64,000 nucleotides of DNA from positions 1,728,001 to 1,792,000 of the forward strand of contig OY759746.1 in assembly GCA_963662795.1 (NCBI GenBank). Direction: 5' to 3'. The first letter of the stretch is position 1. Every line of letters starts with the position of its first letter. A model generated the notes under the pieces. The model was given only the letters and a program-made list of their open reading frames with translations, did not search any database and was not told where the DNA came from. The translations under genes were made by a program, and so were the position numbers. This document shows, piece by piece, positions 19,355 to 29,642 of the stretch. This DNA comes from Spirochaetia bacterium. Its GTDB lineage: Bacteria > Spirochaetota > Spirochaetia > CADAEX01.

Positions 19355-19858
19355 ATGATGAATGAAATCAGGGTTGAAGTGATATCGAAAGATTCATTTT
19401 CAGGTCTTGGCTTTGGAACAGTAATTGAAGCAGGGGATATCAGGGCGGATACGGAAACAGGACAGTTTAACTGGTGGAATAAGCTCGCCGTTATCACACA
19501 TAAGGAATGTTCTCTTGGAATGGTAGAGGCCCAGCCTGTAGAAAAGGTTAAAAACAGCTCTTTCGAACATCATGGAAAAACAACAGAGATGTTGATACCG
19601 ACAACTACTGATGTATATCTTTTCCTTGGTAAGGGGAAAAGCGGGAAAAAAGAGGAATTGGACCTTAAAAGTGTCAAAGCTTTTAAGCTTAAGGCGGGGC
19701 AGGCTGTAGTTCTTGATCCATATATCTGGCACTGCGCTCCGATCGCCGGGGAAAAAATACCTACCAGAATATTTGTTCTTTTTGAAAACGGTACACCTGA
19801 AGATGATTTTTTTGCCTACAATACAGCTGAAAAAGAAAATATTGTTTTTAAAATATAA
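19355..19858 (+). CDS. Ureidoglycolate lyase-like cupin protein
   Basis: F..FG.VI, FEHH..TTE, AF.L..GQAV and IWH..P pattern of the AllA-like cupin family. Confidence 0.7.
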   Translation: MMNEIRVEVISKDSFSGLGFGTVIEAGDIRADTETGQFNWWNKLAVITHKECSLGMVEAQPVEKVKNSSFEHHGKTTEMLIPTTTDVYLFLGKGKSGKKEELDLKSVKAFKLKAGQAVVLDPYIWHCAPIAGEKIPTRIFVLFENGTPEDDFFAYNTAEKENIVFKI

Positions 19859-19877
19859 TTCATAAGGAGTAAACGGC

Positions 19878-21038
19878 ATGTATAGTTTTGATATTACATC
19901 CCCTACAAGAATAATTGCTGAAAAAAATGGTTATAAAAAAATTGGTGAAATAACGAAAAAATATGGAGCCGAAGCACTCCTGGTCACAGGCCGGAGTTCA
20001 CTTAAAAAAAGCGGTTTGGAAGCTGAAATAATTAAGCTTCTTGAATCCAGCGGAATCAGCATCACCCTTTTTGACGGTGTTGAGACAAATCCGACAAGAC
20101 AGAAAATGAATGAAGGCGGTAAAACTGCAAAGAAAGCGGGAATAGATGTTGTTGTCGGCGTCGGAGGCGGGAGTGTTCTTGATACTGCTAAAGGAATTGC
20201 TGCAATTGCAGGAATGGGATTGGAAGATGTATGGGATTTTGTCGGAGGGAAAAAGGCGACTGATGAGGTTTTACCGATAGTCGCAATTCCGACAACAGCC
20301 GGAACAGGAAGCGAGGTGACTCCCTATACGGTAATCAGTGATTTTGAACTTGAGTTGAAAGAGGGTTTTATGAGTCAATACACTATTCCCAAAGTTGCAA
20401 TTCTTGATCCTCTTGTTATGAAATCAGCAACACCTGAGCTTACAGCAAATGCAGGAATTGATGCCTTTGCCCACGCTGCTGAATCATACCTTACAAAGCT
20501 TGCCCATCCGCTTTCAGATATGTATGGAATGCAGGCCGTTAAGCTTATCTTTGAAAATCTTGAAAAAGCTTGCAAAGACCCTGATGATCTTGATGCTAGG
20601 ATGAATATGGCCCTGGCAAGTACTCTGGCGGGAATTGCGATTTCCTATGTTGATGTAATTATTGCCCATCATGCAAGTGAAGCAATAGGAGCAGTTTTTC
20701 ATACCCACCATGGTTTGACGGCGGGAATTCTGCTTATTCCTGCAATTGAATTTAATTATGAAGAATGTAAAGAAAAACTCTATTCATTGGGTGTCGCTAT
20801 TGATCCGTCGATTTCAGCATTGACTGTTGAGGACGGTGCGCACAGGACCATAAAATTAATTAAAAATTTATATTCAAAGATTGGAATTCCTGAAAATCTG
20901 GGATCTATTGGCGTTAACAGCGGCCAGAAAGCTAAAATTATGGCAATCATGGAAAACCGGATGGGAGACCTGAAAGCGGGAAATCCAAAAGAGATGAATA
21001 TGAAGAGTATCGATCAATTTATAACTAAAGTACTTTAA
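19878..21038 (+). CDS. Iron-containing alcohol dehydrogenase
   Basis: GGGSVLDTAK, IPTTAGTGSEVT, DAFAHAAE and H...H..HHG motifs. Confidence 0.93.
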   Translation: MYSFDITSPTRIIAEKNGYKKIGEITKKYGAEALLVTGRSSLKKSGLEAEIIKLLESSGISITLFDGVETNPTRQKMNEGGKTAKKAGIDVVVGVGGGSVLDTAKGIAAIAGMGLEDVWDFVGGKKATDEVLPIVAIPTTAGTGSEVTPYTVISDFELELKEGFMSQYTIPKVAILDPLVMKSATPELTANAGIDAFAHAAESYLTKLAHPLSDMYGMQAVKLIFENLEKACKDPDDLDARMNMALASTLAGIAISYVDVIIAHHASEAIGAVFHTHHGLTAGILLIPAIEFNYEECKEKLYSLGVAIDPSISALTVEDGAHRTIKLIKNLYSKIGIPENLGSIGVNSGQKAKIMAIMENRMGDLKAGNPKEMNMKSIDQFITKVL

Positions 21039-21066
21039 GTGCTTTGAATATTTTAGGAGGAAGGAA

Positions 21067-22068
21067 ATGAAAAAATTATTGCTGATTATGCTGGTTTTTC
21101 TGCTGACATTTGGTTCTGTCTTTGCAGGCGGGAAAAAAGAAGAAGCACAGGGAGGGCTTGATAAAATAACCCTGCGAACAAACTGGCTTTGGTACGGGTC
21201 ACATTCGGTATTTTTCCTCGGAATAAATAAAGGCTTTTATGAGGAAGAGGGAATTGATCTGACAGTAAAACAGGGGAATGGTTCCGGAAGCACAGTAAGG
21301 CTTGTCGCAAATAAGGACAGTACATTTGCGTATGCTTCAGCAGGGGCTTTAATTAACCTTGCCGCTACAGGAGCTCCTGTTGTTTCAATCGCAACAATCG
21401 ACGCTACAGGAGTTGATGCTGTTATTGCAAGGCCTGATTCAGGAATTAAAACTCCGAAAGATCTTGAAGGTAAAAAAATATTGACTACTGCGTCAGCCGG
21501 TGTAAACTTATTCTTTCCGCTTTTCTGTAAAAATGCCGGTGTTGATATAAATAAAGTTCAGTTGACCAATGTAGCTGACAGCGCAATTGTCCCCAGTTAC
21601 TTGCAGAATCTTGCCCCTGCAATTCTCGGAGGACTGGATGACAAACCAGCTGAAATAGTGGCAAATGGAGGAGCTGAACCTGTTACTTTTAATTATGCGG
21701 ATTATGGTGTAGATCAGCCGGGATATGCTCTTGTAGCACATACTGATATGGTTAAAAACAATCCTGATCTTGTACAGAGATTTGTGAGAGCAACCCTTAA
21801 ATCTGTTGCATATGCTGAAAAAAATCCGGACGAGGCAATTGACGCACTTATTGACTGGTCAGCAAATACAGGGGAAAATAAAACTCAGGCCAGAAGGGTT
21901 CTTGATGTGACCTTGTCTATTTTGTACTCGAATAATAATAAAGATAAAAAACTTGGTTTGAACGTACCAGCAGACTGGGAAAGCGCTGTTAAACTGATGA
22001 AAGAATATAATGATCTTAAAACCGATAGAAAAGTTACAGATTTTTACACAAATAAATTTATCAAATAA
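21067..22068 (+). CDS. ABC transporter substrate-binding protein, NMT1/THI5 (NitT/TauT) family
   Basis: Signal peptide ...FAGGKKE; LRTNW...H..FF.G..KGFYEEEGID; IKTPKDLEGK. Confidence 0.88.
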   Translation: MKKLLLIMLVFLLTFGSVFAGGKKEEAQGGLDKITLRTNWLWYGSHSVFFLGINKGFYEEEGIDLTVKQGNGSGSTVRLVANKDSTFAYASAGALINLAATGAPVVSIATIDATGVDAVIARPDSGIKTPKDLEGKKILTTASAGVNLFFPLFCKNAGVDINKVQLTNVADSAIVPSYLQNLAPAILGGLDDKPAEIVANGGAEPVTFNYADYGVDQPGYALVAHTDMVKNNPDLVQRFVRATLKSVAYAEKNPDEAIDALIDWSANTGENKTQARRVLDVTLSILYSNNNKDKKLGLNVPADWESAVKLMKEYNDLKTDRKVTDFYTNKFIK

Positions 22069-22074
22069 TTACAT

Positions 22075-22106
22075 GAGGGCTGGGGTTGTTTCCCCGGCCC
22101 TCTTTT
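22075..22106 (+). terminator. Hairpin after the SBP gene (attenuator or stabiliser)
   Basis: GAGGGCTGGGG-loop-CCCCGGCCCTC followed by TTTT. Confidence 0.6.
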
Positions 22107-22122
22107 AGCAGGTGGTTGAGAA

Positions 22123-22893
22123 ATGGAGAAAGGGTACATACAAATAGAAGAGTTACAGAAGATTTACAAGACAAGACTGGGCCCTGTTCATGCTCTTGGT
22201 CCGGTATCAATGAACATTGCTGAAGGAGAATTTGTTTCATTCCTGGGTCCTTCAGGATGCGGTAAAAGTACTCTTCTCATGATGATTGCAGGGCTTTTAA
22301 GTCACTCGGAAGGTAAAATTACAATAAATAATAAGGTTGTAAAGGATCCTCAGATTGATGTTGGAATAGTCTTTCAAAAACCAGTGTTGGTTGACTGGAG
22401 GGATGTTATCGGGAATGTAATGCTTCAGATTGAGATGCGCAAGCTTGACCGTGAAAAATATCTGCCAAGGGCAAAAGAGCTGCTGACATCAGTGGGTCTC
22501 GCTGATTTTATGACAAACAGGCCGTATGAACTTTCAGGCGGTATGCAGCAGAGAACTTCTTTCTGCAGGTCCTTGGTGCATGATCCTCCAATGATTTTAA
22601 TGGATGAACCGTTAGGCGCGCTTGATGCAATGACCAGAAACCAGCTTAGAGGGGATCTTGAAAAATTGTGGATGGATACCAAGAAAACATTATTGTTTGT
22701 TACACACGATATTGCTGAGGCAATACAACTGTCCGACAGAATAATTATTATTACACCTCGTCCTGGTAAGGTAGGAAAAATAATTGATATAAATCTTCCG
22801 CGGCCAAGAGACCTGGAAGTCAGGACTAGTAAGGAATTTATTGAATACGAAAAAGAGATAACAGATATTTTCATGAGCTATGGAGTTATGTGA
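22123..22893 (+). CDS. NitT/TauT family ABC transporter ATP-binding protein
   Basis: GPSGCGKST, LSGGMQQR, MDEPLGALD and FVTHD motifs. Confidence 0.93.
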   Translation: MEKGYIQIEELQKIYKTRLGPVHALGPVSMNIAEGEFVSFLGPSGCGKSTLLMMIAGLLSHSEGKITINNKVVKDPQIDVGIVFQKPVLVDWRDVIGNVMLQIEMRKLDREKYLPRAKELLTSVGLADFMTNRPYELSGGMQQRTSFCRSLVHDPPMILMDEPLGALDAMTRNQLRGDLEKLWMDTKKTLLFVTHDIAEAIQLSDRIIIITPRPGKVGKIIDINLPRPRDLEVRTSKEFIEYEKEITDIFMSYGVM

Positions 22894-23672
22894 TGGATTA
22901 TTTTCATAGAATATTAGGAAAAACAAAGGAATCCGGCGCGACAATAATTCTTTTTATAGCTCTCTTTTTCTTTTGGGAGTTTTATGTCAGAATATTCAAT
23001 GTTCAGCTCTATATTTTACCTCCGCCTTCGCTGATATTTTCAGGTCTGATAGAAAATATTGCTCTTATCTGGGAATATTCACTTGTCTCTATGACTGAAG
23101 CTTATACGGGTTTTTTTATAGCGCTTTTCATATCAATCCCTTTGTCTTTGATGATTGCCTTTTCCAAACTGTTAATGAGTACTGTATTTCCTTCGTTTGT
23201 AACACTTGAAATGGTACCAAAGATTGCTTTTGCGCCGTTGTTTATAATATGGTTTGGACTGGGGTCTCTGTCTAAATTACTTGTTGTTTTTTTGGTCTGT
23301 TTTTTCCCGATAATAATCAATGGAATTTTCGGATTTTCTTCATTGTCACAGGATCATGAATATCTTATTACATCAACCGGAGCAACTAAAATAAATGCTT
23401 TTTTTAAAATACGGCTTCCGGCAGCACTGCCGAGTTTATTTGTAGGCATTAAAGGGGCGGCTATTGCTGCTACTATCGGTGCTACAATTGCTGAATGGGT
23501 AAGCGGCAATTCAGGTCTTGGATATTATATTCAGGTTTCTTCGTCAAATTTTAAAATGGATATGGCAATAGCTGCTATTATTATGCTGACGATTATAGGG
23601 CTTGTATTATACTGGTTCGTACTAATGGTTGAAAAGCTGATAATTCCATGGCATGAATCTCAGAGAAGGTAG
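22890..23672 (+). CDS. NitT/TauT family ABC transporter permease
   Basis: ILPPPS, PKIAFAPLFIIWFG and KIRLPAALP motifs. Confidence 0.9.
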   Translation: MMDYFHRILGKTKESGATIILFIALFFFWEFYVRIFNVQLYILPPPSLIFSGLIENIALIWEYSLVSMTEAYTGFFIALFISIPLSLMIAFSKLLMSTVFPSFVTLEMVPKIAFAPLFIIWFGLGSLSKLLVVFLVCFFPIIINGIFGFSSLSQDHEYLITSTGATKINAFFKIRLPAALPSLFVGIKGAAIAATIGATIAEWVSGNSGLGYYIQVSSSNFKMDMAIAAIIMLTIIGLVLYWFVLMVEKLIIPWHESQRR

Positions 23673-23681
23673 GTTAAAATA

Positions 23682-24482
23682 ATGGAAGCAGCTAAAAAAA
23701 TAAAGTTATGGTTTGAAGAAAAAAATATAGTAATAATCTTTACGATACTATTCTTCCTTATATGGGAGATTGCAGTATTTGTTTTTAAATTACCTTCTTA
23801 TATTTTACCCTCTCCGATACATATATTGATTGAGCTTAAGAATAATATATCTATATTGATGCAGTTCACTTTTGTTACAGCCTATGAATCTTTTTTGGGA
23901 GTTTTTCTGGCTGCAATCATAGGAGTACCGCTGGCATTGTTAATAACATTTTCAGACTTTCTGAAAAAAACGGTTTATCCTCTTGTTGTTTCAATCCAGC
24001 TTGTTCCTAAAATTGCGCTTGCTCCTTTATTTGTAACCTGGTTTGGGTATGGACTTGCACCAAAGATAATCATAGTTTTTTTGTTATGTTTCTTTCCGAT
24101 TATTTTAAACAGCCTGCTTGGTTTTATGTCCATTAATAAAGAGTATGAAACATTTATCAAGTCTACAGGGGCAGGCCCCATAACCGCATTTTTCAAAATT
24201 AGATTTCCATTTGCTCTTCCTTATATATTTCTAGGGTTCAGGTGGGCTGCTGTCAATGCAACTGTTGGGGCAACAATAGGAGAATGGATCGGAGGAGATG
24301 CGGGATTGGGCTATTACATGCAAATTGCAACCGGCGACTTGAGAATGAATCTTGCTTTTGCAATTATTATCATGCTTGCGATCCTGGGATTAATTCTCCT
24401 TGAAGCAGTAAAATATCTGGAAAAAAAGGTAATCCCATGGCATTCTTCCCAGAGAAACAAAGAAGAAAAAAGATTAGTGTAA
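23682..24482 (+). CDS. NitT/TauT family ABC transporter permease (second)
   Basis: ILPSP, PKIALAPLFVTWFG and KIRFPFALP motifs. Confidence 0.9.
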   Translation: MEAAKKIKLWFEEKNIVIIFTILFFLIWEIAVFVFKLPSYILPSPIHILIELKNNISILMQFTFVTAYESFLGVFLAAIIGVPLALLITFSDFLKKTVYPLVVSIQLVPKIALAPLFVTWFGYGLAPKIIIVFLLCFFPIILNSLLGFMSINKEYETFIKSTGAGPITAFFKIRFPFALPYIFLGFRWAAVNATVGATIGEWIGGDAGLGYYMQIATGDLRMNLAFAIIIMLAILGLILLEAVKYLEKKVIPWHSSQRNKEEKRLV

Positions 24483-24502
24483 TCAAACAAGGAAATAAAT
24501 AC

Positions 24503-25252
24503 ATGAAAAATAGACTATCAGACAACAAACTACTACAGCTTAAAAGATGGAATACTCCGACAATTTACAATGGCTGGGAAATAATTACAAAGAGGGACAG
24601 AACAAAGGGTTTTAACCTTGAGGAGACACATGATTTTATGCCGAGCCTTGGGGTAATGGTCGGTTATGCTGTGACTGTCGTTTGTGAACCGTCGAATCCT
24701 GAGCATTCTAAAAAGGAAGGGGTCTGGAGCGAGTATAGAAAATATATCGCAGGCATACCCGGGCCGAAAATTGTTGTTGTTCAGGATTTGGATAAACCCG
24801 CTGTAATCGGGTCTTTCTGGGGGGAAGTGAATGCCAATACTCACAGGGCATTAGGTTGTGTCGGTACAATAACTGATGGTGCTGTAAGGGATGTTGAAGA
24901 AATGACAAATGCCGGATTTAAAGGTATCGCACGAAGAATGTGTGTGGGACATGCCTATGTAACACCGGTCAGATGGGGCTGTGAAGTTGATGTTTTTGGA
25001 TGTAAAATCAAACCCGGGGATCTCATACATGCCGATAAACATGGGTTTCTTGTTATACCGGACGAAGATCAGGAACATATAGTTGAGGCGTCTCTGTTTA
25101 TGGACAGCAATGAGTGCAATTCCGTAATTCCTGCCGCCAGATTTTCACAGTGTAAATCAAAAGATGAAGTGCTTGAAAGTCTAGATGAGGCAGATCGGAA
25201 ATTTGATAAAGCTGTAATGGATAAATTCGGAAAGGAAGGGGAGTGGAAATAG
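24503..25252 (+). CDS. RraA/HMG-CHA aldolase family protein
   Basis: GYAVT, WGEVN...H.ALG..G.ITDGAVRD and PGDLIHADKHG motifs. Start set at ATG 24503. Confidence 0.88.
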   Translation: MKNRLSDNKLLQLKRWNTPTIYNGWEIITKRDRTKGFNLEETHDFMPSLGVMVGYAVTVVCEPSNPEHSKKEGVWSEYRKYIAGIPGPKIVVVQDLDKPAVIGSFWGEVNANTHRALGCVGTITDGAVRDVEEMTNAGFKGIARRMCVGHAYVTPVRWGCEVDVFGCKIKPGDLIHADKHGFLVIPDEDQEHIVEASLFMDSNECNSVIPAARFSQCKSKDEVLESLDEADRKFDKAVMDKFGKEGEWK

Positions 25253-26209
25253 GTGAAAGCAGTTATTCTTGACGGGTTTACACTGAATCCCGGCGATATT
25301 GGATGGGGAGACCTTGAAAATGTATGCGACTTTACAATCCATGACAGAACCGATGCCGCTGATGTTGTCGAAAGATCAAAAAATGCAGAAATAATACTTA
25401 CAAATAAGACACCAATTTCAGGTGCAGATATGCAAAGACTTCCGGCGCTTAAATATATATGTGTACTTGCAACTGGATATAATGTAATAGATGTTAAAGC
25501 AGCAAAGAACAGGGGTATTATTGTTGCCAATATTCCAGCCTATGGCACACCCGCTGTTGCCCAGATGACTTTTGCACTTCTGCTTGAGTTGTGTCATCAT
25601 GTACAGAGACACTCTGATACAGTAAAGGATGGAGACTGGTCAAGAGGGCCTGATTTTTGTTATTGGAATTATCCTCTTATTGAATTAATCGAAAAAACTA
25701 TTGGAATAATCGGCTTCGGGAAAATAGGGCAGAATGTTTCGAGAATTGCAACTGCGTTCGGTATGAAAGTTATTGCCTATGATCAGGTCAGATTTGACGT
25801 AAAATCTATTGAATTTGAATGGGTAGATATTGATGCGATTTTCAGGAAATCCGATGTCCTGTCGCTTCATTGTCCGCTCTTCCCTGAAACGGAAAAAATT
25901 GTAAATAAAAAAAATATTGATAAAATGAAGAAAAGCGCTTTCCTGATCAATACCTCAAGGGGAGCACTTGTAAATGATTTTGATCTTGCTGATGCCCTTA
26001 ATAATGAAATTATTGCAGGTGCAGCCCTTGATGTTTTATCAGACAGGGAACCACCTGATATCAATAATCCTTTAATGAAGACTAAAAACTGCATAATTAC
26101 ACCGCATATTTCATGGGCGGCAAAAGAAGCCAGAATCAGGCTTTTAGATATTGCAATAAAAAATGTAAAATCATACCTTAATGGTGTGCCAATCAATACA
26201 GTAACTTAG
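25253..26209 (+). CDS. D-2-hydroxyacid dehydrogenase (glycerate dehydrogenase/hydroxypyruvate reductase-like)
   Basis: LDGFTLNPGD, LATGYNVID, GFGKIG, INTSRG and TPHISWA motifs. Confidence 0.9.
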   Translation: MKAVILDGFTLNPGDIGWGDLENVCDFTIHDRTDAADVVERSKNAEIILTNKTPISGADMQRLPALKYICVLATGYNVIDVKAAKNRGIIVANIPAYGTPAVAQMTFALLLELCHHVQRHSDTVKDGDWSRGPDFCYWNYPLIELIEKTIGIIGFGKIGQNVSRIATAFGMKVIAYDQVRFDVKSIEFEWVDIDAIFRKSDVLSLHCPLFPETEKIVNKKNIDKMKKSAFLINTSRGALVNDFDLADALNNEIIAGAALDVLSDREPPDINNPLMKTKNCIITPHISWAAKEARIRLLDIAIKNVKSYLNGVPINTVT

Positions 26210-26224
26210 GCAAGAGCCTCGAAC

Positions 26225-26685
26225 ATGATACTTGATTTACTTGAAAATCTTGACAGGTATAAATCTGTAGTACCGTTTACTGATAAGATATCGTTATATC
26301 TTAAGGGAAATGATATTAATATTCTTCCTGAAGGTAAATATCAGATTGAAGGAGAATCGATTTTTATTTTGATTCAGAAATATGATAGTCAGCCTGAATC
26401 AGAAAGAGAGGGGGAATCCCATAGGAAATATATTGATATCCAGTTTGTTCTAAACGGAGAAGAATATATTGCATATTTCCGATCCAGTATCTTGAGATCA
26501 GAGATTCGTATAATGCTGAAGAAGATATAATCATATATCAGAATGATAATAAAAACAGAAGTAAGACGTACATGACAAAGGATATCTTTGCTGTATTTTT
26601 TCCGGATGACGCTCATAAACCCGGTATTCTTGCCGGCAGGGAAAGTGCAGTAAAAGAGGCTGTAATAAAAGTAGCAGTAAAATGA
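26225..26685 (+). pseudogene. YhcH/YjgK/YiaL (NanQ-like) family gene with a 1-nt frameshift
   Basis: 5' frame gives ESHRKYIDIQFVLNGEE. The -1 frame from about 26476 gives FPIQYLEIRDSYNAEEDI...FAVFFPDDAHKPG...VIKVAVK with stop at 26683-26685. Confidence 0.82.
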
Positions 26686-26730
26686 TTTTCTGCTGTCGCT
26701 ACTGGTTGCAGAAGATCTTAGTTTAAAAAT

Positions 26731-27300
26731 TTATTCAATTATCAGGTCTTCAAGTCTTCTTTTGGGAACATGGTGTATCCACTTGTCATCCCGCCAGTAC
26801 TTGATTTCCCTGGGGTCTTTTACCTCGTCAAGCACAACTGTTTCCTTCGGCTTTCCAAGCGCTATTACAAGAATCAGTTCAAACCTGTCAGTAATTCCAA
26901 GTTCCTTTTTGAGGCCTTCCCTGTCGATTGAGCCGAACATGCATCCGCCGAAACCCTTTTCAACAGCACCCAGAAGAATGCTCTGGCAGGCTATTCCATG
27001 GTCCCAGAAGTGGTTGGCGCTGATTTCACTGTCGCCGAGCATGACAATGTAGGCTGAAGGTTTTTCCCCGTCTTTCGGCCCGTCCCAGTCCTTTAAGTAT
27101 CCTGCCCACCTGAGGTACGGGAATATCAGGCTGTTTTTCTTTTCATCACAGGAAAGGATATACTTAAGCGACTGAAGGTTTCCGCCTGTAGAGGAAAGCC
27201 TGGCAAGCTCTATAAACTCAAGGAGATCATCCCTCGGGATTTTTACATCCTGGTAAAACCGCCTGTATGTCCGGTTTTTTAAAATCAGATCCTTTATCAT
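26731..27300 (-). CDS. Nitroreductase family protein
   Basis: RTYRRF, S..NLQ.L, DHGIACQSILLGAVEKGFGGC and HHVPKR motifs. Confidence 0.9.
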   Translation of the reverse strand: MIKDLILKNRTYRRFYQDVKIPRDDLLEFIELARLSSTGGNLQSLKYILSCDEKKNSLIFPYLRWAGYLKDWDGPKDGEKPSAYIVMLGDSEISANHFWDHGIACQSILLGAVEKGFGGCMFGSIDREGLKKELGITDRFELILVIALGKPKETVVLDEVKDPREIKYWRDDKWIHHVPKRRLEDLIIE

Positions 27301-27427
27301 ATAAAAACCTCACTTAATTAAATATAATCCTGATCGGCAGAATAAGTTACTAAAATGTTTCCAGTTTTAATTAATACAGATTGTTTATCTCTTCTGGAGT
27401 TTTTCCTGCACTCTTAGGGAATTTTTC

Positions 27428-27985
27428 TCAATTCCAGCGGTTGTAGAAAAGCACTTCATCTATCGGTTTCCGGTCCCTGGGAGCTGTTTCAGAGAGAAGA
27501 TGCTTTTCATTAAGATGTTCTGTGCTGTCTCCTTTTACGCCGAGCGCAATCAGTGCTATTACTATATAAGCATCAGACACCCTGAATATTTCCTTGATTT
27601 TAAACGGATCAAAACCCGCCATGGGGTGGGCGATTAGTCCTTCTTTCTCCGCCTGCAGCATTATATTCATCACGGCAAGTCCGGTATCAAACAGTGCATA
27701 ATCCCGTCTGTCTGAAAGGCTGCACCCGAGAGAAATCTCAGTAAGGACTGCGATTATTGCCGGGCTTTTTCCTGCCCAGTAATTTGCCCCGGTAAGTGCT
27801 TCGTGAACTTTGCCGAGTGTTTCAGGATCATCCGCGGCAATAAATCTCCATGGCTGCCTGTTGAAGCAGGAAGGGGCAAGGGTAGCGGCTTTTATAAGAG
27901 TGTTTATTGTTTCCCGTGAGATTTTCTCTTCTTTTAACTTTCTTGAAGATCTTCTTTCGTAAATTTCTTTTAATATATTATTCAT
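27428..27985 (-). CDS. Nitroreductase family protein
   Basis: RRSSR, APSCFNRQPWRF and FDTGLA..N..LQA motifs. Confidence 0.9.
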   Translation of the reverse strand: MNNILKEIYERRSSRKLKEEKISRETINTLIKAATLAPSCFNRQPWRFIAADDPETLGKVHEALTGANYWAGKSPAIIAVLTEISLGCSLSDRRDYALFDTGLAVMNIMLQAEKEGLIAHPMAGFDPFKIKEIFRVSDAYIVIALIALGVKGDSTEHLNEKHLLSETAPRDRKPIDEVLFYNRWN

Positions 27986-28016
27986 ATATTAATATTAGCA
28001 CATTTTTTACCGGCCG

Positions 28017-28367
28017 CTACATATTTCTTGTCGCGACTATATTTACTCCCGTACCGAATATGTCCGCAATAACTATATCGCCCATTTTTACGGGAGAAGT
28101 AAGTTCCACCTTGTTTACAAGTTTCATAATCTCAAGCTTGTATTTTTCAGGTATCGGTTTATCTGTTTTCACAGGGATGACCTTGTGGATTCCCCCTTTT
28201 ATCTTCACGGTTGAACAGATCATCCTTGTAGGATTGGTTATTTCGTCTACCGCATAGCCGATTCCCCTTTTACATTTGTTCCCCGTTATCTGAAGATTGT
28301 CAACTTCCCCAGTTATTTTAAGCCTGCACCCGATAGGGCAGACAATACATACCAGTTCTTTTTCCAT
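28017..28367 (-). CDS. DUF1667 CxxC-containing small subunit associated with the G3P dehydrogenase complex
   Basis: CIVCPIGC...GNKCKRG..YA..E...P.R pattern; third gene of the glpA-type triad. Confidence 0.85.
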   Translation of the reverse strand: MEKELVCIVCPIGCRLKITGEVDNLQITGNKCKRGIGYAVDEITNPTRMICSTVKIKGGIHKVIPVKTDKPIPEKYKLEIMKLVNKVELTSPVKMGDIVIADIFGTGVNIVATRNM

Positions 28368-28369
28368 GG

Positions 28370-29629
28370 TTACACTAACCCCTCTGTTTCAAGTTTGATC
28401 CCGATATTGCCTGCAGCATTTTCAAATACGGATTTTTTAACTGTCTGTTTTATCATCTCGCCGGGAGTGAGATTTTTATGCCGGAACCTGGCAAGTTCCT
28501 TTTCCGAATCGCGTATAACTATCCAGGAGTCAGGATATACCTTGTCAACACGCATGAATAAATCAAGTTTTTCCAGCATGGCCGAGTATCTCAGCCTGTG
28601 AGGCACACAGTATGTCAGTCCGCCAGATACTGATGTATACATATACTCAGACTCGGTTTTTATCTCTCCCTTTACAAAACGGGCGGCATTGGCGCCGGCC
28701 CTCATGCTTTCCTCTGTAACAAAGTCAACCAGGTCGTGGACATGAACAACATTTCCGCACGCGAAAATTCCGGGGACCGATGTCTCCATGCTCTCGTTTA
28801 CTACCGGCCCGCCTGTTTTCCTGTCTATTTCTATACCCGCAAGGCGGGAGAGTTCGTTTTCCGGGATAAGCCCTACAGAAAGGAGAACAGTGTCGCATTC
28901 ATATTCTTTTTCAGTTCCCTTTATTACCTCTTTTTTAGCGTCAGTTTCCGCGATTACTACGCTTTCAACCCGCTCTTTGCCCTTTATTTCTATTATGTTG
29001 TGGTTTAAGAGCAGAGGAATATTGTAATGGTCGAGGCACTGGACAACATTGCGGGTGAGCCCTTTCGCGAATGAACTCCGTGCTATTACCGCGATAACCT
29101 CTCCCCCCTCAAGTACTATGCGCCTGGCCATAATCATCCCGATATCTCCTGACCCGAGGATTATTACCTTTTTCCCGACCATATAGCCTTCGATGTTGAT
29201 GTATCTCTGTGCTGTTCCCGCGGTAAAGATGCCGGCCGGCCTGTCTCCCGGAATAGCGATTGCTCCCCTTGTCCTTTCCCTGCACCCCATCGCAAGCACA
29301 ATTGCCCCGGCGCTTATGTTTACTATGCCGCTGCTGTTCATCGCCTTTATTTTTCTGTCTTTTGATATTGAAGTCACTATTGTGTCAAGCATTATATCGA
29401 TGTTGTCTTCATTAGCCATGTCTATGTAGCGCTGCGCGTACTCGGGGCCGGTAAGTTCTTCCTTGAATATATGAAGACCGAAGCCGTTGTGAATACACTG
29501 CTGGAGTATTCCTCCCGGTTCGACATCCCTCTCTATGATAAGTACCCTGGAAAGGCCGTTCTTTTTCGCCTCTATCGCGGCGCCGAGCCCTGCAGGCCCT
29601 CCGCCTATAACTACCGCATCGTAATCCAT
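28370..29629 (-). CDS. FAD/NAD(P)-dependent oxidoreductase, partner subunit of G3P dehydrogenase
   Basis: IGGGPAG, GGILQQCIHNGFG, ELTGPEYA, MGCRER and GNVVHVHDLVD motifs. Start set at MDYDAVV. Confidence 0.88.
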   Translation of the reverse strand: MDYDAVVIGGGPAGLGAAIEAKKNGLSRVLIIERDVEPGGILQQCIHNGFGLHIFKEELTGPEYAQRYIDMANEDNIDIMLDTIVTSISKDRKIKAMNSSGIVNISAGAIVLAMGCRERTRGAIAIPGDRPAGIFTAGTAQRYINIEGYMVGKKVIILGSGDIGMIMARRIVLEGGEVIAVIARSSFAKGLTRNVVQCLDHYNIPLLLNHNIIEIKGKERVESVVIAETDAKKEVIKGTEKEYECDTVLLSVGLIPENELSRLAGIEIDRKTGGPVVNESMETSVPGIFACGNVVHVHDLVDFVTEESMRAGANAARFVKGEIKTESEYMYTSVSGGLTYCVPHRLRYSAMLEKLDLFMRVDKVYPDSWIVIRDSEKELARFRHKNLTPGEMIKQTVKKSVFENAAGNIGIKLETEGLV

Positions 29630-29642
29630 TATGCCTCTCCTG

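Noticed and set aside
14100-26730. Integrative element boundaries for the AT-rich island
   Set aside because: No integrase, transposase, tRNA or flanking direct repeats were seen.
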